DNA of 56,036 nucleotides from Sphingomonadales bacterium (lineage in GTDB: Bacteria; Pseudomonadota; Alphaproteobacteria; Sphingomonadales; Sphingomonadaceae): positions 1 through 56,036 of the forward strand of contig JBBQWE010000001.1 in NCBI GenBank assembly GCA_038210855.1, given 5' to 3'. A model generated the notes under the pieces. The model worked only from the letters and a program-made list of their open reading frames with translations, did no database searches and was not told the origin of the DNA. Positions 9,153 to 20,276 of this stretch are shown piece after piece. The translations under genes and the position numbers were made by a program. How positions within the stretch are numbered: the first letter of the stretch is position 1; each line of letters starts with the position of its first letter.

Positions 9153-10340
9153 ATGAACATGCACACCAAGCGCCCGGACCCGGCTTCGGCCGAGGTCTAC
9201 GACTTTCCACCGCATGGCGCCGTGCCGGCCGCCACCGGCGGTCGCCCGCGCTGGCTGGTTCCGTTGGTTGCCCTGGTGGTTGTCGCGGCCCTTGCCTTTG
9301 CTGCATGGCAGATGTTCGGCAACAGGACCAAGGCCGCACCGGTGGTCGACACGCCGCCGCGTGTTACCGTGATGGTTCCGGGAACGGCGGCGGTTGCCAG
9401 CACCGTCACCGCGCCGGGATCGATCGCCGCCCGCCGCGATGATGCCATCGGCATCCAGGGCGAAGGCGGCCGGGTTACCCAGGTTCTTGTCGAGGCCGGC
9501 GACCGGGTCGGCGCCGGCCAGGTTCTGGCGCAGATCGACCGCACGGTTCAGGTGCAGGAGGCAGCGCAGCTTGCCGCCGGCATCCGCCAGGCCGAGGCCG
9601 ATGCCCGCCTTGCCGAAGCCAATCTGCAGCGTGCCCAGTCGCTGGTCGGCAAGGGTTTCATCTCCAAGGCCGACATCGACCAACGTACCGCGACACGCGA
9701 TTCGGCGCTGGCCCGGGTAGCCGTGGCACGCGCGCAGCTTGCCCAGGCCCGCGCTCGCATCGATCGGCTCGACGTCCGCGCTCCGCGCGCCGGCCTGGTG
9801 CTGGCGCGCAATGTCGAGGCCGGCCAGGTCGTCGGCCCGGGTTCCCTGCCGCTGTTCCGCATCGCCGAGGGCGGCGTTCTCGAAATGCGCGCGCAGGTTG
9901 CCGAACAGGACATGGCGCGGCTGAAGGTCGGCATGACCGCCGCGGTCGTTCCCGTCGGCTCCACCGTCGAATATCGTGGCCGTGTCTGGCTGCTCGACCC
10001 GGTGATCGATGCCCAGAGCCGCCAGGGCATTGCACGCGTCGAACTGGCCTATGCGCCCGGTCTCCGCGTCGGCGCCTTTGCCCGCACCACCATCGCCGCC
10101 GGCGAGACGGTACGGCCGGTGCTGCCGCAATCGGCGGTGCAGGCCGATGCCAAGGGCAATTTCGTGATGATTGTCGGCCGCGAAAATCGCGTGGTGCGTC
10201 GTGCCATCACCATCGGCGCGGTGAACGACAATGGCGTTTCGATCGCTGCCGGCCTCGACGGCCGCGAGCAGGTGGTGGTCAGTGCTGCGGCCTTCCTGCG
10301 CGAAGGCGAGCCGATCACTCCGATCCGCGCCGCCCCGTAA
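9153..10340 (+). CDS. RND efflux periplasmic adaptor subunit
   Basis: N-terminal TM, lipoyl-like halves (VEAGDRVGAGQVLA; VRAPRAG..VEAGQVV), coiled hairpin, GLDGREQVV; start could be 9138/9153/9159. Confidence 0.93.
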   Translation: MNMHTKRPDPASAEVYDFPPHGAVPAATGGRPRWLVPLVALVVVAALAFAAWQMFGNRTKAAPVVDTPPRVTVMVPGTAAVASTVTAPGSIAARRDDAIGIQGEGGRVTQVLVEAGDRVGAGQVLAQIDRTVQVQEAAQLAAGIRQAEADARLAEANLQRAQSLVGKGFISKADIDQRTATRDSALARVAVARAQLAQARARIDRLDVRAPRAGLVLARNVEAGQVVGPGSLPLFRIAEGGVLEMRAQVAEQDMARLKVGMTAAVVPVGSTVEYRGRVWLLDPVIDAQSRQGIARVELAYAPGLRVGAFARTTIAAGETVRPVLPQSAVQADAKGNFVMIVGRENRVVRRAITIGAVNDNGVSIAAGLDGREQVVVSAAAFLREGEPITPIRAAP

Positions 10341-10409
10341 TCCGCCCAAGGTAACTGTCCGCATACACCGTTCGCGTCCGTCCTCGCGTCTCACCAAGGT
10401 TCCTGCTCG

Positions 10410-13400
10410 ATGCGCAACATCTCCGCCTGGTCGATCCGCAATCCGGTACCGGCGCTCGTCGCCTTCTTCATGCTGACGCTGGCCGGCGTGCTCAGCTTCA
10501 TCAACATGGACATCAACAACAATCCGGACATCGATTTTCCGGGCGCGTCGGTCACCATCAGCCAGCCGGGCGCAGCGCCGACCGAGCTCGAGACGCAAGT
10601 AACGCAGCGCGTCGAGGCAGCGCTGCGCGGCATCAACGGCGTCGACGGCATTTCGTCCTACATCAGCGAAGGCCAGTCGAACACCAACGTCCAGTTCGCC
10701 ATCGGCACGCCGATCGATCGCGCCGTCAACGATGTCCGCGATGCCATTGCCAACATCCGGTCCGACCTGCCGCAGGGCATTCTGCAGCCGCAAATCCAGC
10801 GCGTCGACGCCGTCGGCGGACCGATCGCCTATTTCTCGGTCGAATCGGTCGACATGACACTGGAACAACTGTCGTGGTTCGTCGACGATCAGGTGGCCAA
10901 GAAGCTGCTTGCCATCCCGGGCATGGCGCAGGTGCGTCGCGCCGGCGGAGTCAATCGCGAAATCCGCGTGATCCTCGATCCGTCGCGGCTGCAGGCCTAT
11001 GGCGTGACCGCGTCGCAGGTCAACGACCAGCTGCGCCAGGTCAATATCAACGCCGCCGGCGGCCGCACCGAAATCGCCGGGTCGGAACAGTCGGTGCGGG
11101 TGCTCGGCAACGCTGCCAACGCCTATGGGCTGGGCGAGACCCAGATCAACGTCAGCGGCAGCCGCACCATCCGGTTGTCCGATATCGCCACGGTACGCGA
11201 CCTTTATGCCGAACAGCGCGGTTTTTCGAAGAAGGACGGCCGCCAGGTCCTCAGTTTCGCGATGACCAAGGCGCGTGGTTCCTCCGATGTGACGGTCTAC
11301 GACGAAGCGGTGAAAGCGCTCGAGGCGCTCCACAAGGACAATCCCAAGATCAAGTTCACCCAGCTCTACACCTCGGTCGATTATACCAAACAGCAATATC
11401 ACGCCGCGATCGATGCCATGGTCGAAGGGGCCGTGCTCGCCGTAATCGTCGTGTTCCTGTTCCTGCGCGACTGGCGCGCGACGTTGATTTCCGCAATCGC
11501 CATCCCGCTTTCGGCGATCCCGTCCTTCTGGTTTCTCGATCTGCTCGGCTTCTCGCTGAACGGGCTGTCGCTGCTGGCGCTCAGCCTCGTTGCCGGCGTG
11601 CTCGTCGACGATGCCATCGTCGAGATCGAGAATATCGTCCGCCACATGCGAATGGGCAAAACTGCTTTTCAGGCCTCGATCGACGCCGCCGACGAGATCG
11701 GTCTTGCTGTCGTTGCCACCACCTTCTCGATCGTCGCGGTGTTCCTGCCGGTCGGGCTGATGCCGGGCATATCCGGGCAATTCTTCAAGAATTTCGGCTT
11801 TACCGTGGTGATATCGGTGCTGCTTTCGCTGGCCGTGGCGCGGTTGATCACGCCGATGATCGCCGCCTATTTCCTGAAAGCCGGCGGCCAGGCCGTGCAT
11901 GGCGAGGGGCCGTTCACCGATATGTACATGCGCATCCTGCGCGGCGCGCTGCGCAATCGCTGGAAAACCGTGCTGATCGGCGGCATCGGCGCGCTGGCCG
12001 GTACCTATTTCGCCTTCTCGACCCTGCCGTTGACCTTCCAGCCGCCTGAAGACACCGATTTCAGCCAGGTCAAGGTAGCGTTGACGCCGGGCGCAACGCT
12101 CAAGCAGACCGAAGCTGCAGTCGACCGTGCGGTCGCCATTCTCGAGGCCTCGCCGATCGTCGAGGCCGCCTTTGCCGACATCAATATCGGTGAAGGCGAA
12201 ATCTATCTGACGCTCAAGAAGGACCGGCCGGTCAAGAGCACCGAGTTCGAGCGCGACATGGCGCCGAAGCTGCTCGCGATTGCCGATGCGCGGGTCAATT
12301 TTCAGTCGCAATCCGGCAACTTCGGCGGCCGCGACATGTCGGTCGTGCTGGCCGGCAGTGACCCCATCTTGCTCGAACGCACTGCAGCTACCGTTGTCGA
12401 ACAGCTGCGCGGCCTGAAGGAACTGCGCCAGCCGCGCATCGAGGGCGATCTGCGCAAGCCTGAAATCACCATCAAGCCACGCTTCGACCTCGCGGCCCAA
12501 CTCGGCGTCACCACTGCCGCCCTGTCGCAGACGATCCGCATCGCGACGCTGGGTGATATCGACCAGAATGTCGCCAAATTCTCGCTGAGTGATCGCCAGA
12601 TCCCGATCCGGGTGGCGCTCGCCGAGGATTCGCGGCGCAACATCGCCACGCTGGAAAACCTGCCGGTACCGACTGCTGCCGGAGGATCGGTGCCCTTGAA
12701 GGTTGTGGCGGAGATCAGCTTCGGCGCCGGCGCCACGGAATTGCGCCGCTACAACCAGCAACGTCGCGTCGTGGTCGGCGCCGATCTTGCGTCCGGCCTG
12801 GTATCCGGCGACGCGCGGCCGAAGATCGATGCCCTGCCGATCCTGAAGAACCTGCCGCAGGGCGTCGAGAAAGTCGCACTCGGCCAGGACAAGTGGCAGA
12901 AAGAATTGCTGATCAACTTCGTCATCGCCGTCTTTGCGGGCGTGCTGCTGGTCCTCGCCGTACTCGTCCTGCTCTACAAGCGGGTGCTGCCGCCGTTCGT
13001 CAACATGGGCTCGCTGCTGCTGGCGCCGCTGGGTGGCGGGATCGCCCTGCACCTCACCGGCAATGCCATTTCGATGCCGGTGTTCATCGGCCTGTTGATG
13101 CTGCTTGGCATCGTCGCGAAGAACTCGATCCTGCTTGTCGACATGGCGATCGAGGAAATGAGCAAGGGCGTCGAACGCACCGCGGCGATCATGGAAGCCG
13201 GCCACAAGCGGGTGCAGCCGATCATCATGACGACGGTCGCCATGGTCGCGGGCATGTTGCCGGTGGCGCTGGCTCTGTCAGGCGATGGCAGCTTCCGGGC
13301 GCCGATGGGCATCGTCGTCATCGGCGGGCTGATCGTCTCCACCGCGCTTACCCTCGTGATCGTCCCGGCCGGCTTCAGCCTGGCGGTCGGCGCCGAGGAA

Positions 13401-13481
13401 TGGCTGGGTCCGTTCCTCAAGCGCTGGTTCACCAACAACGAAGGGTCCAAGGGAGCGGCCAAGCCCCAGCCGGCGGAGTAA
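10410..13481 (+). CDS. RND efflux permease (AcrB/HAE1 family)
   Basis: PGAAPTELETQVT, VLVDDAIVEIENI, GIVAKNSILLVD, RVQPIIMTT. Confidence 0.96.
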   Translation: MRNISAWSIRNPVPALVAFFMLTLAGVLSFINMDINNNPDIDFPGASVTISQPGAAPTELETQVTQRVEAALRGINGVDGISSYISEGQSNTNVQFAIGTPIDRAVNDVRDAIANIRSDLPQGILQPQIQRVDAVGGPIAYFSVESVDMTLEQLSWFVDDQVAKKLLAIPGMAQVRRAGGVNREIRVILDPSRLQAYGVTASQVNDQLRQVNINAAGGRTEIAGSEQSVRVLGNAANAYGLGETQINVSGSRTIRLSDIATVRDLYAEQRGFSKKDGRQVLSFAMTKARGSSDVTVYDEAVKALEALHKDNPKIKFTQLYTSVDYTKQQYHAAIDAMVEGAVLAVIVVFLFLRDWRATLISAIAIPLSAIPSFWFLDLLGFSLNGLSLLALSLVAGVLVDDAIVEIENIVRHMRMGKTAFQASIDAADEIGLAVVATTFSIVAVFLPVGLMPGISGQFFKNFGFTVVISVLLSLAVARLITPMIAAYFLKAGGQAVHGEGPFTDMYMRILRGALRNRWKTVLIGGIGALAGTYFAFSTLPLTFQPPEDTDFSQVKVALTPGATLKQTEAAVDRAVAILEASPIVEAAFADINIGEGEIYLTLKKDRPVKSTEFERDMAPKLLAIADARVNFQSQSGNFGGRDMSVVLAGSDPILLERTAATVVEQLRGLKELRQPRIEGDLRKPEITIKPRFDLAAQLGVTTAALSQTIRIATLGDIDQNVAKFSLSDRQIPIRVALAEDSRRNIATLENLPVPTAAGGSVPLKVVAEISFGAGATELRRYNQQRRVVVGADLASGLVSGDARPKIDALPILKNLPQGVEKVALGQDKWQKELLINFVIAVFAGVLLVLAVLVLLYKRVLPPFVNMGSLLLAPLGGGIALHLTGNAISMPVFIGLLMLLGIVAKNSILLVDMAIEEMSKGVERTAAIMEAGHKRVQPIIMTTVAMVAGMLPVALALSGDGSFRAPMGIVVIGGLIVSTALTLVIVPAGFSLAVGAEEWLGPFLKRWFTNNEGSKGAAKPQPAE

Positions 13482-13491
13482 GGCCCTGAGA

Positions 13492-14841
13492 TTGTTTCGC
13501 CCCTTCGAACTGCCCGTCTCCCCCTTCCATCGCATGCGCGCGGTGGCGACCCTGCTGCTCGCCGCGATGGGCGTCCTTTTCGTCATCGCAACGACCCGGT
13601 CCGGCGATCCGCCATTCTGGGCGTGGGTGCAGGCATTCGCGGAGGCGGCGCTGGTCGGTGGCCTTGCCGACTGGTTCGCCGTCACCGCGCTGTTCCGGCA
13701 TCCGCTCGGCATCCCCATCCCGCACACCGCCATCATCCCGCGTTCCAAGGACCGGATCGGCGACACGCTGGCGGTGTTCCTGCGAGAGAATTTCCTCACC
13801 CCGGCGGTCGTTACCCGCCGGCTGGAGAGCATCGATCTGGCCGGAATGGCTGCCGCCTGGCTGGCATCGGATACCCAAGCGCCCATCCCTGCCCCGCCCA
13901 TCCCTGCCCCGCCCATCCCTGCCCCGCCCATCCCCAACCCGCCGGGAATGGACACGACCGCAATCGGCGCCACTGCCGGCCCGGTGGTCCGCACCTCCGC
14001 CCGGCGCGGCTTCGGGCCGCTGCTGGCTCGGCTGATCGAGGCGCTCGACACGCCCGCCATGGCTGCACTGGTTCGCGATACCGCGATGGCGAAACTGCGT
14101 GCGGTGCCGCTGTCGCCGATCCTTGCCGATGCCATCGACACGACGCTGGCGCGCGGTCGGCACGAGCCGCTGATCGATGCTGCGCTCGATTGGGCGTTGC
14201 GAACGCTCGAAGCGCAGGAATCAGTCATTCGAGCCATGGTTGCAGATCGCACCACCTGGGTGCTGCGCCTGGTCAGCATCGACGATCGCGTCGCCGACCA
14301 GTTGATCGAAGGCATCACGCGCTTGCTGCGCGAGATGCGCCACGATAGCGACCATCCGCTACGTGCCCGCATCGCGCAAGGCCTCGCGACCTATGCCTTC
14401 GACCTGCGGCATTTTCCGGAAAACCAGGCGCAGGTCGAAGCCTGGAAGGCCGATCTCATCGGCAATGCAGCGCTCGGCCAATGGCTCGACGGCTTGTGGG
14501 GCGAAGCCCGCGCCGGCCTCGCCCGGACATTGACGACGACGGGGCCGGACAGTCGCATCGCTGCCGTCGCGCAGGGGCTCGGCGAGCGTCTCGCCAGCGA
14601 CGCGCCCCTGCGGGCCGCCATCAACCTGCACCTGCGCCGCACCGCCGTCGGTCTTGTGAACGATTACGGCGACGATATCGTCGGGCTGGTATCGGATACC
14701 ATCCGCGGCTGGAGCGCCGCCACCGTGACCGATCGCCTGGAAACCGCCGTCGGCCGCGATCTGCAGTTCATCCGCATCAACGGCACAATCATCGGCGGCC
14801 TGATCGGACTTGCGATCCACGCGGTGCAGGTCGGACTTTAG
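13492..14841 (+). CDS. DUF445 family membrane protein
   Basis: AEAALVGGLADWFAVTALFRHPLG, HTAIIP, VGRDLQFIRINGT; start TTG 13492 or ATG 13534. Confidence 0.92.
   Translation: MFRPFELPVSPFHRMRAVATLLLAAMGVLFVIATTRSGDPPFWAWVQAFAEAALVGGLADWFAVTALFRHPLGIPIPHTAIIPRSKDRIGDTLAVFLRENFLTPAVVTRRLESIDLAGMAAAWLASDTQAPIPAPPIPAPPIPAPPIPNPPGMDTTAIGATAGPVVRTSARRGFGPLLARLIEALDTPAMAALVRDTAMAKLRAVPLSPILADAIDTTLARGRHEPLIDAALDWALRTLEAQESVIRAMVADRTTWVLRLVSIDDRVADQLIEGITRLLREMRHDSDHPLRARIAQGLATYAFDLRHFPENQAQVEAWKADLIGNAALGQWLDGLWGEARAGLARTLTTTGPDSRIAAVAQGLGERLASDAPLRAAINLHLRRTAVGLVNDYGDDIVGLVSDTIRGWSAATVTDRLETAVGRDLQFIRINGTIIGGLIGLAIHAVQVGL
13881..13934 (+). repeat. 15-bp coding tandem repeat x3.6 (PIPAP)
   Basis: gcccatccctgcccc x3 plus gcccatccc. 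Confidence 0.9.
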
Positions 14842-15006
14842 CGCGACATCCGATTTTGCGCGCCGTTGCCCTGCGCTGCGGTCGTTGCATCTGTGTACCG
14901 TCTGAAAGTTCTGCTGTTTCTTGCGACCGTCGGCAAATCCGCTGCGTACCTGCCCGGTACCGTTCGGCATGCCGCCGGCTGCGGTGCATTTCAGGAGTCG
15001 CTTCCG

Positions 15007-15546
15007 ACGTCACGAACCCGCCACTATGCCCTGCTGATCGCCACTGCACTTGCCTGGCTGCCGATGGGGGCAAGCGCCGCGCCGCTGCTTTTCACCCTCG
15101 AAGGCTCGCGCAACGCCAGCTTCACGCTGGACAGCAATCCGACACCCGACAGCTTCACGTCGCTGCAGACCAATTTCAACAATGTCGCCGGCACCTTCAA
15201 CGGCATGACCGGCGTCGCCAGCCTGATCGATTTCGGTCAGGATGTCAGCCCGTTCAGCGCCGCCCGGCTCAATATCCTCGCCCCCGGCCTCGGTTTCACC
15301 CAATTTTCGGGAGATAACATTTTCGGCGGCACCACGGCGGCGCCGATCTTCACGCCCGGCGTTTTCCGGCTCAACAATCCGTTCTTCGGCGGCCCGGCGA
15401 CACTGACCATCACCGGACTGGCCGATGGCGGCAGCGGCTCGGCCGTGCCCGAACCCGCCAGCTGGGCAATGCTGATCCTCGGCTTCGGCTTCGTCGGGAC
15501 CGCGGCGCGCCGCCGCAACCGCTCCATCGGCGCGAACATGGCATGA
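15007..15546 (+). CDS. PEPxxWA-CTERM sorting domain protein; apparent ACG start
   Basis: C-terminus VPEPASWAMLILGFGFVGTAARRR; AGGAG at 14993-14997 precedes in-frame ACG 15007 and a signal peptide. Confidence 0.8.
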   Translation, partial: TSRTRHYALLIATALAWLPMGASAAPLLFTLEGSRNASFTLDSNPTPDSFTSLQTNFNNVAGTFNGMTGVASLIDFGQDVSPFSAARLNILAPGLGFTQFSGDNIFGGTTAAPIFTPGVFRLNNPFFGGPATLTITGLADGGSGSAVPEPASWAMLILGFGFVGTAARRRNRSIGANMA

Positions 15547-15552
15547 CCGGCT

Positions 15553-15581
15553 CCGGGCCTCCGCCGTTCGCGGGGGCCCGG
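15553..15581 (+). terminator. GC-rich hairpin, possible terminator
   Basis: ccgggcctccgc / gcgggggcccgg, 12-bp stem with one G-U pair, right after the stop; weak U-tract. Confidence 0.4.
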
Positions 15582-15639
15582 CACTTCAATTTGTAAAAAA
15601 GCGTAACGCAGTCGTGCTAACCTTCGCGATGCCGATGGA

Positions 15640-16320
15640 GTGACGACGATGTTGACGACGCTGAAGAAGAAACTGCGGACAGTGTTCCCCAATCTGTTGC
15701 TGGCACCGCAGGGCGACGCCGGGGTGCGCGCTGCCGGCCACCGCAAATATGTCGGTGGCGCCTGGGACGAGATCGGCCAGTTGCAGTTCGATTTTCTGGT
15801 CGCGCAAGGCATGCGGCCGCAGGACAGCCTGCTCGATATCGCCTGCGGTTGCTTCCGCCTGGGGGTGAAGGCGATCCCCTATCTCGATCGCGGCAACTAT
15901 CTCGGCATCGAAAAGGAACAGGCGCTGATCGACCTTGGCGTCGCCGAGGAACTGGGGCCGCAACTCGTCGCCGAAAAGGCGCCGGAACTGGTGGTTTCCG
16001 CCGCGTTCGAATCCGAAAAATTCTCGAAACAGCCAGATTATGCCATCGCGCAATCGCTGTTCACCCATCTGACCCCGGAAGTCATCGACATCTGCTTTGC
16101 CAAGCTGCGCCCGGTGATGAAGCCGAACAGCCGCTTTTACGCCACCTATTTCCTTGCTGCCCCGGGCTTCAAGAACCCCAAGGAGTCGCACGACCATGGC
16201 GTTTTTGCCTATTCACAGGCGGAAATGTGCGAGTTCGGGACGCGCAACGGCTTTCGTGCCGACTATATCGGTGATTGGAACCACCCGCGCAGCCAGGTGA
16301 TCGTCGTCTATTCGATCTAG
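15640..16320 (+). CDS. Class I SAM-dependent methyltransferase
   Basis: Motif I LLDIACGCFRLG; AQSLFTHL; start 15640 or 15649. Confidence 0.85.
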   Translation: MTTMLTTLKKKLRTVFPNLLLAPQGDAGVRAAGHRKYVGGAWDEIGQLQFDFLVAQGMRPQDSLLDIACGCFRLGVKAIPYLDRGNYLGIEKEQALIDLGVAEELGPQLVAEKAPELVVSAAFESEKFSKQPDYAIAQSLFTHLTPEVIDICFAKLRPVMKPNSRFYATYFLAAPGFKNPKESHDHGVFAYSQAEMCEFGTRNGFRADYIGDWNHPRSQVIVVYSI

Positions 16321-16472
16321 GCCGTGAACTCATAAAATCCATGCCCCGGAGCGGCGAAATGGCGTCGTTGCGCCGGCTTGCCGGGGGCAAAGCCCCACGC
16401 GTGCTGTCGCGCCAAGCCATTTGGCCTCTCCGGGGCATGACGGGGAATGGATTTTATGGGTTCACGGCCTAG
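16317..16472. mobile_element. MITE-like non-autonomous element (coordinates include flanking CTAG copies)
   Basis: Terminal inverted repeats 16317-16348 and 16441-16472 match 30/32; inner inverted repeat catgccccggag / ctccggggcatg; no transposase. Confidence 0.8.
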
Positions 16473-17155
16473 CGAGGAACGTCCTCGAAACCGACGAAGC
16501 GGGCCGCTTCGGCTACCGGCTTGCGCGTCGAAACCACCGCATTGGCCGGGAAATCCTCGTCCGGCCAGCCGAGCGCGATGCTCTTCATGATCACCTGATC
16601 ATCGGCGATGCCGGCGTGTTCGCGCACCACCGGCGATTGCATGATGCCCTGGCTGTTGATGACGGCGCCCAGCCCGCGCGACCAGGCGGCGTTGACCAGC
16701 GCCGTTGCCACCGCGCCGCAATCGAACGGCGTGTCGTCGCTGCCATCGACGGCGCGATCATAGGTGATGATGATGCAAACCGGCGCATCGAACTGGCGAA
16801 AACCGCGCAGCACCCATTCCTGCCGCGCCGCCGCGTCTTCGCGCGCGATTCCCATCGCGGCGAACAATTGCTTGGCGACGCCGATCTGGCGCTCGCGGTG
16901 CGGTCCGGCGAACGCCTCGCCGATGCGGAATTCGCGGCTGTGCGGGACGCCGGCAAGGTTACGTTCGGTATTGCCGGCACGAATGCGATCGAGCGGCTCG
17001 CCGGTCAGCACGGTGAAGTTCCACGGCTGGGTATTCATCGACGACGGCGCCCGCATCGCCAGCGCCAGGATTTCCTCGATCAGCGCACGCGGCACCGGAT
17101 CGGGCTTGTAGCCGCGGATGCTGCGGCGACCAAGGACGACGTCATCATATTGCAT
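16469..17155 (-). CDS. Nitroreductase family protein
   Basis: RRSIRGY, APSSMNTQPW, FDAPV, IALGWPD; ATG 17155. Confidence 0.93.
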   Translation of the reverse strand: MQYDDVVLGRRSIRGYKPDPVPRALIEEILALAMRAPSSMNTQPWNFTVLTGEPLDRIRAGNTERNLAGVPHSREFRIGEAFAGPHRERQIGVAKQLFAAMGIAREDAAARQEWVLRGFRQFDAPVCIIITYDRAVDGSDDTPFDCGAVATALVNAAWSRGLGAVINSQGIMQSPVVREHAGIADDQVIMKSIALGWPDEDFPANAVVSTRKPVAEAARFVGFEDVPR

Positions 17156-17227
17156 GGCAGGTTCCCTCGCCGTTGCTGCTGCCTCGTGCCGCCGCGCGGA
17201 CGGGGCGGCAACTCGCAAAAACAGCGT

Positions 17228-18460
<1,233 letters not shown>

Positions 18461-18501
18461 CTAGGGGCTGCGGGCTGAAAGGAAAAGACCCGAACGCGGG
18501 A

Positions 18502-20244
18502 TCAGGCCAGCCGGCCCCGGAAAAGCCCGCGCAGCGCATTGCCGAGCCAGAAGCCGCATTCGAGATCGGCAGGTGTCAGCCGCGCTTCCCGGGCGCTGCC
18601 GTCGGCGAGCAACCGAGCCCGCAGCACGCCGGGCAGCACCGGCCCCGCCGGGGTCAGCAGGCCGCCGTCGCGTTCGACGAACACACAAGTGAAACTGCCT
18701 TCGGTGATGCTGCCATCGGCAGCGACGAACACCACCTCCGCCGTTCCGGCAGCGCGGCGCGCCGCATCGTAGAAGCCGCGGTCGCTGGTCTTGTGGCGCA
18801 GCCGCCAGTCATCGGCGGCCACGGGCAGCGGCACCAGCGCCACCGGCAGCGGATCGGGCAGCGGCGGCGGCAGCGGCGACCATTGCGCCGCTACTGCCCC
18901 CGATGGCGCCAGCAGCAGGCGGACGCGGCCATCGCCGGCCCGCGCCGCGGTGTTTAGTGCAGCCTGCGCCGCGGTGTTTAGTGCAGCCCGCGCCGCAGCC
19001 CGGTCGAAACGATGGCCCAGGAAGCCTGCGCTCGCCGCCATCCGGTCGAGGTGGCGATCGGCATCGGGAAATCCACCGCCGACGCAGCGCAGCGTCTCGA
19101 TGAGGTCGGGCGGCCCACGCCGGCGCAGGAAGGCTGCCTTGGCGAGGCATTCCGCCCATTCGCTGCTGGCGTCACTGTCGGCAACGATGCCGGATCCGAG
19201 GCCGAGGCGAGCCACGCCGGCGCCGGCCGGCAGCACAAGGGTACGGATGGCGACGTTGAAGACGGCGTCGCCATCGGCGGCGATGGCGCCGATGCTGCCG
19301 GTATAGGCACCGCGGGGTTCGGGTTCGACCGCGGCGATGACTTCCATGGCGCGGATCTTCGGCGCGCCGGTTACCGACCCGCACGGAAACAGCCGGGCCA
19401 GCACATCCGCCGCGGTCACGCCGGGGTAGGCGGTTGCGGTGATCGTCGATGTCATCTGCAAAACGGTCGGGTAGGTCTCGATCTCGAACAGCGCCGGCAC
19501 CTGCACGTCGCCGGCGACACGCGACAGGTCGTTGCGCAGCAGATCGACGATCATCAGATTTTCGGCGCGGTTCTTGGGATCGGCCTGCAATGCCGCCGCT
19601 CGTTGCGCATCCTCTGCCGCGTCGCCGCCGCGCGGTGCGGTGCCCTTCATCGGTCGCGCCGTGAGCCGCCCGCCCGCTAGTTCGAAAAACAGCTCGGGCG
19701 AAAAGCTCAGCAGCCACAACGCGCCGGTGAATACCAGCGCTCCGAACGGCGCCCGCGAACCCGCCCGCAACCCGGCGAACAGGTGCAGCGGATGGCCGGC
19801 AACCGCGACGGTGGCGTTGAAGGTCAGGTTGGCCTGGTAGATGTCTCCCGCTGCGATCAGTGCGGCGATGCCTGCCAACTGTTCGGCATGGGCAGCCGGC
19901 CCCTGCCCCGGCATCACTGCATCGACGCAGCCGGCACCGTGCCCGAGCAGTTCCGCCACGCCGGCAGCGTCGAGGTGCCGATCGCTGGCAAAGCGACCGA
20001 ACCACAGCAGCGGCTCTTGCGGCGGCGGCTGGCGATCGAGCGCCGCCAGCCGCGGCTCGAGCGCATAGCCGGCTTCGAAACCGATAAAGCCGGCCCAGGG
20101 CCCCGGCGCACGCAGCCGTTCCAGCGCCGCGGCGACATCGCCGGCAGCCTCGCAGGTCACGACCTGCTCCACCCCCGTGAACAGCCGCGCACGGCCGGTG
20201 GTAGCATCGTCGAGCAGGACAAAGGGTCGGGTCGGATCGAACAC
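18502..20244 (-). CDS. pabB: Aminodeoxychorismate synthase component I fused to a class IV aminotransferase/ADC-lyase-like domain
   Basis: SPELFF, RPMKGT, KNRAENLMIVDLLRNDL, GSVTGAPK; C-terminal HKTSDR, TEGSFT, LPGVLR, GNALRG. Confidence 0.92.
   Translation of the reverse strand: MFDPTRPFVLLDDATTGRARLFTGVEQVVTCEAAGDVAAALERLRAPGPWAGFIGFEAGYALEPRLAALDRQPPPQEPLLWFGRFASDRHLDAAGVAELLGHGAGCVDAVMPGQGPAAHAEQLAGIAALIAAGDIYQANLTFNATVAVAGHPLHLFAGLRAGSRAPFGALVFTGALWLLSFSPELFFELAGGRLTARPMKGTAPRGGDAAEDAQRAAALQADPKNRAENLMIVDLLRNDLSRVAGDVQVPALFEIETYPTVLQMTSTITATAYPGVTAADVLARLFPCGSVTGAPKIRAMEVIAAVEPEPRGAYTGSIGAIAADGDAVFNVAIRTLVLPAGAGVARLGLGSGIVADSDASSEWAECLAKAAFLRRRGPPDLIETLRCVGGGFPDADRHLDRMAASAGFLGHRFDRAAARAALNTAAQAALNTAARAGDGRVRLLLAPSGAVAAQWSPLPPPLPDPLPVALVPLPVAADDWRLRHKTSDRGFYDAARRAAGTAEVVFVAADGSITEGSFTCVFVERDGGLLTPAGPVLPGVLRARLLADGSAREARLTPADLECGFWLGNALRGLFRGRLA
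18942..18996. repeat. 24-bp in-frame tandem duplication in pabB
   Basis: gcgccgcggtgtttagtgcagcc(t/c) x2; encodes AALNTAAQ AALNTAAR. Confidence 0.9.
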
Positions 20245-20276
20245 CGGGGCGGCTTAGCCCGCGCCGGCGGGCCTGA

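Noticed and set aside
9090-13205. 1371-aa antisense ORF
   Set aside because: Shadow of the RND genes, expected from high-GC codon bias; no recognisable motifs
9153-13481. RND operon lacking an outer-membrane channel
   Set aside because: Sharing a TolC-type channel encoded elsewhere is ordinary
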